64,000 nucleotides of DNA. Source: Styela clava (lineage: Eukaryota). A program made the translations under genes and the position numbers. Position 1 is the first letter of the stretch. Each line of letters starts with the position of its first letter. The notes under the pieces were generated by a model. The model saw only the letters and a list, made by a program, of their open reading frames with translations. It was not told the origin of the DNA and ran no database searches. Shown here one piece after another: positions 37,262-49,145 of this stretch. The DNA lies in NCBI RefSeq assembly GCF_964204865.1, contig NC_135264.1:12710001-12774000 (forward strand). Reading direction: 5' to 3'.

Positions 37262-38227
37262 CAGGGGTGGCCAACCTTTCACATACCATGCACCACGTTT
37301 TGAACATAATGTTTCAGATGCGCCGTAAATCTCTTGTATTCCCACGCCTAATGTCCGCTGAAAACTGAAAATTTTATTTATTTTCGCCAGTTTTTTTATT
37401 CTTGGAGTTAAGTTTGTTACTGAGAGGATCAGTGCATTCTTCAAATTTAAATCTGTAAGTCTTGACCTCGTTTTGCTTTTAATTAGTTTCACGGCAGAAA
37501 ATGTTTGTTCACATCTATATGTCGTTCCGAAACAGGCCTTTAGTATCAATATCTACTCTACTCTACCCTCGATTCTAATTGGCCTTTGCTAATCAGCTGT
37601 TTGGCCTAGCGTCGCGTGATTTTACTCCAGGCTTCTTCGAGATTAGAACTTGCGTCACAGCAAGCGATTTTACGCTTCGCTTTTGTTGACAACGGTCATT
37701 TGAAGTTTGGATGAAAAGGTGTTTTTTTTGGGATCATTTTCAGCATGTTGTGGGTTGATTTATAATAAATTTTTAGGCTTGGGCAATTCAACTGGTTGTT
37801 CAATGGTTATTGGGAGATATTTGGGAAGTCTGGGCAATGGAAAATCCATGTTTCAAGCTGATAAATGACGATTTTCTATCTTTCCAGAAGTTCTGAACTT
37901 TTTACTTCAGTAGGGAAAAAATAGTAAATTTTACTAATTTTTGCTAAAAGTCTAGAATGAATGTCATAAAGTCCGTCCAAAAGCTAACGTCGATAATCGC
38001 CTGTTGTTTCTAATTCCAACCAGCCGTAAGTGAGCGACGTGGAGTAAGGAGAATAGATTTTAGGTACAATCAAAAGTCACCATGTAAATCGCAAAAAAAC
38101 GGCTTGGCGTGGAGAAGCCAAGTGCAATTAACAATTTTAGCATGAAAAGGGTTAAAGATGCAATGCGCCACCTCTAATCATACAATGCGCCACGTTTGGC
38201 GCATGCGCCATAGGTTGGCCACCTCTG
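37262..38227 (-). mobile_element. Internally deleted hAT Charlie/Buster element with a transposase C-terminal (hATC) remnant
   Basis: TIR CAGGGGTGGCCAACCT / AGGTTGGCCACCTCTG; perfect TSD GTCTAGAG; FGTTYRCEQTFSAVKLIKSKTRSRLTDLNLKNALILS. Confidence 0.93.
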
Positions 38228-39709
38228 GTCTAGAGTAAGTTTAAAATTTATTGGATTATATTTAAACAATATACATATATATCATTAATATAGACTTTAG
38301 GATTTGAATGGAAACTGGACTGTTCTGGCGGAACCCTGGTGTTCCGTAGAACCCAGGTTGCAGACAAATGGATTAGAGCTAATGAAATTTAACCTGAATT
38401 GACTTTGTCAAAGTTATTAATCTTTTATACAGAAAAGGTGTTTGATACATATACACATATATCAAAGTATAAATAAAAATGGTAAAATACAACATCTCTG
38501 CTTTTTATGCATCGTTAGACAAAAATAGGTATACAATACTGGGAAATATTATATGTTTTGGATTTGAAGTACTACTTGAAAATAGGCCTTATCAAAAAAC
38601 CTATTCTAATTAATTTCAAATAATTCACTATCGTGCATATAGCCAAATGTGGTTATCTAGAAAAATAATTAATTTGAAAAAACATTGGAGGTTTATGTAT
38701 TAATTTCTCGAGGAAATACAGAAGTAATTAGGTAAATTTTGAAGTATAAAATCGACAAAACGTCAACAATATTATTTGAAACGTTTTTGACTACATTTTA
38801 CAGAGTAGAATAAAACAAATTTCGATGAAATACCAACAATTCATTATCCATATAGGTGTTACTTATTTCTGAATCCATTTATTGAATAATTGCATAGGAA
38901 ATAGGAATAGCACCGTCAACGACAAATTTAAAAAAAAGTTTAAAACTGAGTCACACATGATTATTATAAAGTTTGACGTTTAAAAACGTTTACGTTCAGG
39001 TTGTGAACCAGTGACTCAGATAAATTTTTGAAAACTATCGTTGATGTTTTCTGGCAACATGATTCGGGCAACAAAGTAAAGCAAAAATTTTTTCTCCATT
39101 TTAATTTGGGTCAAAGTGCAGTTTTAAAATTAATTAGCCGCTTTTATATACTTTTCAAATTTACTCAAATACCAAATGATTCATTACGTTGCCAAATATG
39201 TGAGTAAGTTATATATTGATGGGTTTAACAGGAAGTTCTGTAGGAAATGATTTAATTTTTTATCGACAAATAAGGAGCGAAACTACGCCCTTACATGAGG
39301 ATTATACAGAAATTATATGGAAATTTTTACATTTATAATTGATAAAAAAAGTTTTTTTTCATTTAGACAAATATAATTCATTATCGCTGAATATTTTCAT
39401 AATTTCTGGTAGACATTGATATAAACGGTACCTAATTCATCATTAGAATCAGTTTCGTTAAGATTCCTACATTAAAACCCCAAGTGATCGATTAGACAAG
39501 AGGTGACAAAACAAAAAAGTAACTGAGAGGTTTGTCAAGAGTTCAATACAAAAATACAATTTTACAATTGTATAAAATTAGGTATAATCTTACTACTATG
39601 AAAATGCTCACAAACATTGTACATTTTTATTAAAACAGAAATTTAATTATTGGAAAGAGGAAATGCAGATTTCTCTATTTTTCTATGTAAATATTTAGCA
39701 GCATTGAAT

Positions 39710-40055
39710 ATCAAAAACACATCAATGATCAAATATGCTATCAGCGTTACAATTACGTTTTCTTGTTTCTGTTTTTATCGGAACCAAAATGTTAAAAAAA
39801 AGTTATATGTGTAAGACAGTGTATTTTTCATTTGTAGGTTTGAAACTTTTTATCCCTAAAAATAAGCAAATTATTAATTAGAAAAGAAACTAAACGATTG
39901 AAAAAACGTTTAAGGCGACATGACACAAATAATGTGATTTATTCGCACTTACTAATAATGAGCTATATTTTAAGCTTCCTGTCACAAAGAAAGAAAAACC
40001 AATGCATATTCAGATACTGGGAGCTATTGAACTCAACAAATGCATCAAAATTGAA
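39710..40055 (+). promoter_or_regulatory. 'Ghost' promoter: diverged duplicate of the proximal upstream region with no CDS behind it (also ~43950, 47735 truncated, 50845, 54725, 58600, 62675)
   Basis: ~320-bp collinear similarity to the real upstream region (CATCAAT..CAAA.ATGCTAT.AG..AGCTTCCTGTCA..AAACCAATG.ATAT..AGATA.TG); ETS core kept, TGACTCA lost. Confidence 0.7.
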
Positions 40056-40461
40056 TGAACAATTTGTCCAAACATTATTTTCTATTGTATATTAATACAT
40101 TACATAAAGATTGGTGAAATGGGTAAACAAATGCACGATACACAATTTCTACCTATAACTCAAAGTGGTATGGTATTACTAGTTCGATATTCAAACTAGA
40201 CTATATTGCTCAGGAATTGTTCTTACTCCAAGTTAATGACAATGCTCCATTTTTGACAAGATTTAAATTTTTTTTTCAATAATCACTATATAGTTCATTG
40301 TATGCGTTTCTTTTCAATTTTCTCCTATTGATACATGCGTCGCGAATCTGTATAATTAATTTTCATCGACCTTCAAAAGCTTTTATGAGCTTGAAAAACA
40401 GTATTTTTATTTAAACATTTTAAAACGATTTGACCAGATTAAACTGTTTTCAATATCAAGA

Positions 40462-40841
40462 TAGCAGTGCCTCGCGTACTGAGACGGTTGTGATCAGCCA
40501 TTTTATGGTCATCCGCCTGAGCACATGAAACAAGCCGCCAAGTACAATCACGATGATGTTGTTGGCAGCCCGTATCTGCCTTCGTCCTGCTATTAACGGG
40601 GCTGGATGCAGTTTTACGTCTTACCCAGAACCAGGTTCTGAGAAAAATTAAACCACTACTAAGGGTCCAGGAAGCAATAAACCTTACGCCTGGCACACGA
40701 AAACGTGGACGACCAAATCAAGGATGTCAGTCAATGTCAAGGACATAGCGGACCTCAGCAAGTGGCAGAAGAGGGACCAATCGCGTTGATTTGTGGAAAC
40801 TGCTACGCCTGGTCAGCATTGACCATCCCGTTTAGGAGAGA
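40462..40841 (+). mobile_element. Retroposon relic with an RTE-like 3' tail (SINE or LINE 3' end); similar copies at ~59500-59850 and ~63575-63932, 5'-deleted at ~44505, 51398, 55276
   Basis: GC-rich island absent from the homologous region upstream of copy 1; contains a PGTRKRGRP-like RTE C-terminal trace. Confidence 0.55.
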
Positions 40842-41109
40842 TTATTTTTGAACAGCACGAAATCAGTAATTAGACATTGCAGATTTTATGACTGCATTAC
40901 AAGTCGATTTTTTAAGTGATTTTATGAATGTATTGATAAAGTGCTTTTTTATTATTAATCATCTTACAAATCATCGTTTATCGTATTTTGAAAAATACAG
41001 TTGGAGATTATTTTAATCGCCCTTATACTAAGATCGATATGTTAATTTCTTCACTGATATACTAAAAATTACATCCGTTTTATAAAAACCAAATTATGTA
41101 AATAAATTC

Positions 41110-41219
41110 GGACTTCCTGAAGTATGGGCACCAAGATGCTGCACAACTTGAACTGAGGATGTGTACCAGGTTAGGGTTCAGGTTGTGCGACACCTTGGTG
41201 CGCATACCTCAGAAGTACC
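41110..41219. mobile_element. Merlin-like 110-bp MITE (also 44870-44979, 51764-51873, 55641-55750; half copy 47958-47991)
   Basis: GGACTTCCTGAAGTATG..CATACCTCAG(G/A)AGTACC; TSD ATAAATTC perfect at 55633/55751; empty site at ~60113 upstream of copy 8. Confidence 0.88.
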
Positions 41220-41752
41220 ATGAATTCTATATATTTTGGGCTTAATATATTCTTTATCACATATAATACTCAATACTTTATTAACAATATTCGAGGTTAC
41301 TTTTCACTTTGGAACACGCATCAATCAAAAATGCTATTAGTATTTTAAATACGTTTTCTTTTTTCCCTTTCTACCAAAACATAATTATCAGAAAAAAGTA
41401 ATATGTGTGAAATATTTTCTTATTAGATTTTTTACTTTTTACCGCTTAAAATTAGCAAAGTGATAAATAGATAGAAAACACGAAAGTTGGCAAAAATCAA
41501 ACTAAAAAATGAATATGACTCACACTTAGCTGATAGTCAGGAACTATATTTTGAGCTTCCTGTCATGAGGGAAACCAATGTATATTTAGATATTGACAGA
41601 AAGTAGCCCAATACTTGCATTAAATTTAGCAATTCAAAAATTACCTGTTGCTTCCAAAACATACAAAAAGCCGATGGACACTATGAAAATCATTACAAGA
41701 ACTTGCGACGCACATACCAACGAGAGAAACCTGAAAATTCAAATATTATACA

Positions 41753-42373
41753 ATGAAGAACTTTATGCAAATTGTTGGACTGTTACTATGCGGTTTTCTA
41801 CTTGTATCCAGTTTTCCCCACAAAAAGATGAAAACACATCCATTATTCGGAATAGATAATTCAGCAGTAATTCATCGAAAAAAACGATCGATGGCTTTCA
41901 TTTCTTTATCAGAATACAACATATGGAATTGCAATGTGAGATTTAACGATGACATGTTTCTTGGTGTTCATGACATTTATTCTTCTTTGCCAATTTTATC
42001 TCAAATGGAGCCGGTTGGCTTTGAATGGAAGTGCTTTGAATATGTACAAACAGAAGATGCTAGTTTTCATTACGTTTTTGCAAAATATGACGGCACAAAC
42101 TATAAATTCTTAACGGAAGATAACGGAAATCTTATTCTCAGCAAATCTATAGCAAATTCTGACATAAATACCACTCCATTGTATAAAAAGGTATTTATTT
42201 ATCAAAGAGATACAATGCGAGGTGGAAACGTATTAAAATTATTTGATGAAGCTAACAGAAGAGTTGGTACAGCAACACGTGATGACTTAGGAACTTATTT
42301 ACAACTTAAAAATTCAAATAACGCGGCGTTAGTTTATATTTGTACAACTAGTCCAAATTGCAATGTTTTGTAG
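41753..42373 (+). CDS. Secreted prepro-protein, copy 3 (206 aa)
   Basis: Intact single-exon ORF; signal peptide, HRKKR, 4 Cys. Confidence 0.9.
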   Translation: MKNFMQIVGLLLCGFLLVSSFPHKKMKTHPLFGIDNSAVIHRKKRSMAFISLSEYNIWNCNVRFNDDMFLGVHDIYSSLPILSQMEPVGFEWKCFEYVQTEDASFHYVFAKYDGTNYKFLTEDNGNLILSKSIANSDINTTPLYKKVFIYQRDTMRGGNVLKLFDEANRRVGTATRDDLGTYLQLKNSNNAALVYICTTSPNCNVL

Positions 42374-45300
42374 CAAACTGGAAGAACATATTATATAAAT
42401 TTACCTATTAATTAAAATAGTAGCAAATTTATATATTTATTATACTTGGATACTATTTGTATTTTTCTCCTTTTCATGTAATGCAAAATTCGTAGTTTTA
42501 TTTATATTATTTTCATAATTTTATACCTTGAAAGTTTATAATTTTTTTTCATATTTTTATATGGCGAAGTGCAATTTTTTCAATTTAATATCTATGAATA
42601 CGCTATTTTATGAAAAAAAAGATATATATTCTATAACAAAAATAGTTTTTGTTTGACTAATTTTATAATTTGGAATATTGTATACCGTGTGGAAAAAGTT
42701 GCTGCAGAAAGTTTCACCGCAAGAAATTTCGCCGCATAGAAAAACTCGCAGCATGAAAAATTGCCACAAAAGTATTTTGCTAAACAATTTTCAGCTTTCA
42801 ATATCATCGGGCTCCAGCGCGAAATGTTACCACGGCTTCTCTGTTTTCATAGTCTCACTTAATACCTAAATAAGGTTGAGGTATTGAACGCAGTTTCCTC
42901 CTGAGAAATTAACAAAACGGTTGAATTAACGGTTAAGATAACAGGCTTAGAGATTTTGAAATTTGACCTGAATTTTCGAAATTTCTAGAATACTAAAAAA
43001 TATAATCCGTTTTGTTCTACAATGACTCTATATACAAAATTATCGAAATTTTAGTTTAATTAGTTTTATAAAGTGATTCAAAGAGTCAGCAGGATAAATT
43101 TGAAGAAGAATCTGAGTTAAAAATTGCATTTTTGGGAAAAAACTAATAATTTGTGTCAATTTCGGAAGGTAAAGCATTGACAGATCATTAACATTATTAT
43201 TCTAAGCCTTTTGAACTACATTTTACAAATAGGTTCAGATAAATTTCGATCGAATAACAACAATCCAGAATCTATCCCGAATTTGCAATAAAAAATATGA
43301 TTTCAAATTGAGTCGTAGATGAATAATATAAAGTAGGCTATGACGTTTATAAACGTTTGTCTTCAGGTTGTGACCCAGTGACTCAGATAACATTCTTGGA
43401 AAACTATTGTTGATGTTTTCTGGCAACATGATTCGGACAGTATATGACGCAAAATATGTTTCTATATTTCAAATTGGACCAAAGTACATTTTCAAATTAA
43501 TTTGTCGCTTTTATATACTATTCGACTTCAATCAAATATCAAATGATTCATTACGTTGCCAAATATGAGAGTCAGTTATATATTGATGGATTTAACACGA
43601 AGTTCTGTAGGAAATAGTTTAACTTTTTATCGACAAATGCAGAACGAAACTACGCACTTGCATGAGGATTATCCAGAAATTATAACGAGATCCTTACATG
43701 TATAATTAATGAAAAACCCCAAGTGATCAATTAGACAAAAGGTGGCAAAAAACAAAAAGTAGCTGAGAGGTTTGTAAAGAGTTCAATACAAAACTACAAT
43801 TTTACAAGTGTATATAATTAGGTATAATCTTTCTACGATGCAAATGCTCACGAAAATTGTAGTTTTTTATTAAAACTTAAATTTAATCATTGGAAAGAGG
43901 AAATGTGGATTTCTCTATTTTTCTATGTCACAAAATTGAGCAGCATTGAATATCAAAAACGCATCAATGATCAAATATGCTATCAGCATTACAATTACGT
44001 TTTCCTGTTTCTGTTTCTATCGGAATAAATTGTTAAAAATTGTTAGATGTGTAAGACAGTGTGATTTTTATTTGTAAATTTTAAACTTTTTATCCCTAAA
44101 AATAAGCAAATTATTAATTGTAAAATAAACTAAAGAATTGAAAAAACGTTTAGGGCGACATGACACAAATAATGTGTTTTATTTGCACTTACTAATAATG
44201 AACTACATTTTAAGCTTCCTGTCACGAAGAAAGAAAAACCAATGCATATCCTGATATTGGGAGCTATTGAACTCAACAAATGCATCAAAATTGAATGAAC
44301 AATTTGTCCAAACATTATTTTCTATTGTATATTAATTAATACAGTACATAAAGATAGGTAAAATGGGTAAACAAATGCACGATACACAATTTCTACCTAT
44401 AACTCAAAGTGGTATGGTATTACTAGTTCGATATTCAAACTAGACTATATTGCTCAGGAATTGTTCTTATCCCAAGTTAATGACAATGCTCCACTTTTGA
44501 CAAGATAGCGGACCTCAGCAAGTGGCAGAAGAGGGACCAATCGCGTTGATTTGTGAGAACTGCTACGCCTGGTCAGCAAAGACCATCCCGTTTAGGAGAG
44601 ATTATTTTTGAACAGCACGAAATCTGTAATTAAATATTGCAGATTGTGTGACTGCATTACAAGTCGATAGTTAAAGTGATCTTATGAATGTATTGATAAA
44701 GTGCTTTTTTATTAATAATCATCTTACAAATTATCGTTTATCGTATTTTGAAAAATACAGTTGAAGATTATTTTAATCGCCCTTATACTAAGATCGATAT
44801 GTTAATTTCTTCACTGATATACTAAAAATTACATCCGTTTTATAAAAACCAAATTATGTAAATAGATTCGGACTTCCTGAAGTATGGGCACCAAGATGCT
44901 GCACAACTTGAACTCAGGATGTGTACCAGGTTAGGGTTCAGGTTGTGCGACACCTTGGTGCGCATACCTCAGGAGTACCATGAATTCTATATATTTTGGG
45001 CTTAATATATTCTTTATCACATATAATACTCAATACTTTATTAAAAATATTCGAGGTTACTTTTCACTTTGGAACACGCATCAATCAAAAATGCTATTAG
45101 TATTTTAAATACGTTTTCTTTTTTCCCTTTCTACCAAAACATAATTATCAGAAAAAAGTAATATGTGTGAAATATTTTCTTATTAGATTTTTTACTTTTT
45201 ACCGCTTAAAATTAGCAAAGTGATAAATAGATAGAAAACACGAAAGTTGGCAAAAATTAAACTAAAAAATGAATATGACTCACACTTAGCTGATAGTCAG

Positions 45301-45438
45301 GAACTATATTTTGAGCTTCCTGTCATGAGGGAAACCAATGTATATCTAGATATTGACAGATATTGACTATGAAAATCATTACAAGAACTTGCGACGCACA
45401 TACCAACGAGAGAAACCTGAAAATTCAAATATCATACA

Positions 45439-46059
45439 ATGAAGAACTTTATGCAAATTGTTGGACTGTTACTATGCGGTTTTCTACTTGTATCCAGTTT
45501 TCCCCACAAAAAGATGAAAACACATCCATTATTCGGAATAGATAATTCAGCAGTAATTCATCGAAAAAAACGATCGATGGCTTCCATTTCTTTATCAGAA
45601 TACAACATACGGAATTGCAATGTGAGATTTAACGATGACATGTTTCTTGGTGTTCATGACATTTATTCTTCTTTGCCAATTTTATCTCAAAAGGAGCCGG
45701 TTGGCTTTGAATGGAAGTGCTTTGAATATGTACAAACAGAAGATGCTAGTTTTCATTACGTTTTTGCAAAATATGACGGCACAAACTATAAATTCTTAAC
45801 GGAAGATAACGGAAATCTTATTCTCAGCAAATCTATAGCAAATTCTGACATAAATACCACTCCATTGGATAAAAAGGTATTTATTTATCAAAGAGATACA
45901 ATGCGAGGTGGAAACGTATTAAAATTATTTGATGAAGCTAACAGAAGAGTTAGTACAGCAACACGTGATGACTTAGGAACTTATTTACAACTTAAAAATT
46001 CAAATAACGCGGCGTTAGTTTATATTTGTACAACTAGTCCAAATTGCAATGTTTTGTAG
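45439..46059 (+). CDS. Secreted prepro-protein, copy 4 (206 aa; core-promoter region deleted)
   Basis: Intact ORF; protein identical to copy 5. Confidence 0.88.
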   Translation: MKNFMQIVGLLLCGFLLVSSFPHKKMKTHPLFGIDNSAVIHRKKRSMASISLSEYNIRNCNVRFNDDMFLGVHDIYSSLPILSQKEPVGFEWKCFEYVQTEDASFHYVFAKYDGTNYKFLTEDNGNLILSKSIANSDINTTPLDKKVFIYQRDTMRGGNVLKLFDEANRRVSTATRDDLGTYLQLKNSNNAALVYICTTSPNCNVL

Positions 46060-48524
46060 CAAACTGGAAGAACATATTATATAAATTTACCTATTAATTA
46101 AAAAAGTAGCAAATTTATATATTTATTATACTTCGATACTATTTGTATTTTTCTCCTTTTCGTGTAATGCAAAATTCGTAGTTTTATTTATATTATTTTC
46201 ATAATTTTATACCTTGAAAGTTTATAAATTTTTTTCATATTTTTGTATAGCGAAGTGCAATTTTTTCAATTTAATATCTATGAATAAGCTATTTTATGAA
46301 AAAAAATATATATATTCTATAACAAAAATAGTTTTTGTTTGACTAATTTTATAATTTGGAATATTGTATACCGTGTCCGGAAAAGTTGCTGCAGAAAATT
46401 TCACCGCAAGAAATTTCGCCGCATAGAAAAACTCGCCGCATGAAAAATTGCCACAAAAGTATTTTGCTAACAATTTTCAGCTTTCAACATCATCGGGCTC
46501 CAGCGCGAAATGTTACCACGGCTTCTCTGTTTTCATAGTCTCCACTCAATACCTAAATAAGGTTGAGGTATTGAACGCAGTTTCCTCCTGAGAAATTAAC
46601 AAAACGGTTGAATTAACGGTTAAGATAACAGGCTTAGAGTTTTTGATATTTGACCTGAATTTTCGAAATTTCTAGAATACTAAAAAATATAATCCGTTTT
46701 GTTCTACATTGACTCTATATACTAAATTATGAAATTTCAGTCTAATTAGTTTTATAAAGTGATTCAAAGAGTCAGCAGGATAAATTTGAAGAAGAATATG
46801 AGTTAAAAATTGAATTTGTGTCAATTTCGGATGGTAAAGCATTGACAGATTATTAACATTATTATTCTAAGCCTTTTGTGACTACATTTTACAAATAGGT
46901 TCAGATAAATTTCGAATGAATAACAACAATCCAGAATCTATCACGAATTTGCAATAAAAAACATGATTTCAAAATAGAGTCGTAGATGAATAATATGACG
47001 TTTATAAACGTTTGCCTTCAGGTTGTGACCCAGTGACTCAGATAACATTCTTGGAAAACTATTGTTGATGTTTTCTGGCAACATGATTCGGACAGTATAT
47101 GACGCAAAATATGTTTCTATATTTCAAATTGGACCAAAGTACATTTTTAAATTAATTTGTCGCTTTTATATACTATTCGACTTCAATCAAATATCAAATG
47201 ATTCATTACGTTGCCAAATATGTGAGTCAGTTATATATTGATGGATTTAACAGGAAGTTCTGTAAGAAATAGTTTAACTTTTTATCGACAAATGCGGAAC
47301 GAAACAACGCACTTGCATGAGGATTATGCAGAAATTATAAGGAGATCCTTACATGTATAATTAATGAAATAGTTTCTGTCATTTAGACAAATATAATTCA
47401 TTATCTCTGGATGTATTCATATTTTCTGGTAGACATTGATATAAACGGTACCTAATTCATCAGTAGAATCAGTTTTGTTAAGACTTGTACATTAAAACCC
47501 CAAGTGATCAATTAGACAAAAGGTGACAAAAAAAACAAAAAAGTAGCTGAGACGTTTGTAAAGAGTTCAATACAAAACTATAATTTTACAAGTGTATATA
47601 ATTAGGTATAATCTTTCTACGATGCAAATGCTCAAGAAAATTGTAGATTTTTATTAAAACTAAAATTTAATTATTGGAAAGAGGAAAAGTGGATTTCTCT
47701 ATTTTTCTATGTCAGAAAATTGAGCAGCATTGAATATCAAAAACGCATCAATGATCAAATGTGCTATCAGCATTACAATTACGTTTTCCTGTTGCTGTTT
47801 CTATCGGAACCAAATTGTTAAAAAATGTTATATGTGTGAGACAATGTGATTTTTATTTGTAGATTTTAAACTTTTTATCCCTAAAAATAAGCAAATTATT
47901 AATTGAAAAATAAACTAAAGAATTGAAAAAACGTTTAGGACGACATGACACAAATAATGCGACACCTTGGTGCGCATACCTCAGGAGTACCATGAATTCT
48001 ATATATTTTGGGCTTAATATATTCTTTATCACATATAATACTCAATACTTTATTAAAAATATTCGAGGTTACTTTTCACTTTGGAACACGCATCAATCAA
48101 AAATGCTATTAGTATTTTAAATACGTTTTCTTTTTTCCCTTTCTACCAAAACATAATTATCAGAAAAAAGTAATATGTGTGAAATATTTTCTTATTAGAT
48201 TTTTTACTTTTTACCGCTTAAAATTAGCAAAGTGATAAATAGATAGAAAACACGAAAGTTGGCAAAAATTAAACTAAAAAATGAATATGACTCACACTTA
48301 GCTGATAGTCAGGAACTATATTTTGAGCTTCCTGTCATGAGGGAAACCAATGTATATCTAGATATTGACAGAAAGTAGCCCAATACTTGCATTAAATTTA
48401 GCAATTCAAAAATTACCTGTTGCTTCCAAAACATACAAAAAGCCGATGGACACTATGAAAATCATTACAAGAACTTGCGACGCACATACCAACGAGAGAA
48501 ACCTGAAAATTCAAATATCATACA

Positions 48525-49145
48525 ATGAAGAACTTTATGCAAATTGTTGGACTGTTACTATGCGGTTTTCTACTTGTATCCAGTTTTCCCCACAAAAAGA
48601 TGAAAACACATCCATTATTCGGAATAGATAATTCAGCAGTAATTCATCGAAAAAAACGATCGATGGCTTCCATTTCTTTATCAGAATACAACATACGGAA
48701 TTGCAATGTGAGATTTAACGATGACATGTTTCTTGGTGTTCATGACATTTATTCTTCTTTGCCAATTTTATCTCAAAAGGAGCCGGTTGGCTTTGAATGG
48801 AAGTGCTTTGAATATGTACAAACAGAAGATGCTAGTTTTCATTACGTTTTTGCAAAATATGACGGCACAAACTATAAATTCTTAACGGAAGATAACGGAA
48901 ATCTTATTCTCAGCAAATCTATAGCAAATTCTGACATAAATACCACTCCATTGGATAAAAAGGTATTTATTTATCAAAGAGATACAATGCGAGGTGGAAA
49001 CGTATTAAAATTATTTGATGAAGCTAACAGAAGAGTTAGTACAGCAACACGTGATGACTTAGGAACTTATTTACAACTTAAAAATTCAAATAACGCGGCG
49101 TTAGTTTATATTTGTACAACTAGTCCAAATTGCAATGTTTTGTAG
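48525..49145 (+). CDS. Secreted prepro-protein, copy 5 (206 aa)
   Basis: Intact ORF; signal peptide, HRKKR, 4 Cys. Confidence 0.9.
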   Translation: MKNFMQIVGLLLCGFLLVSSFPHKKMKTHPLFGIDNSAVIHRKKRSMASISLSEYNIRNCNVRFNDDMFLGVHDIYSSLPILSQKEPVGFEWKCFEYVQTEDASFHYVFAKYDGTNYKFLTEDNGNLILSKSIANSDINTTPLDKKVFIYQRDTMRGGNVLKLFDEANRRVSTATRDDLGTYLQLKNSNNAALVYICTTSPNCNVL

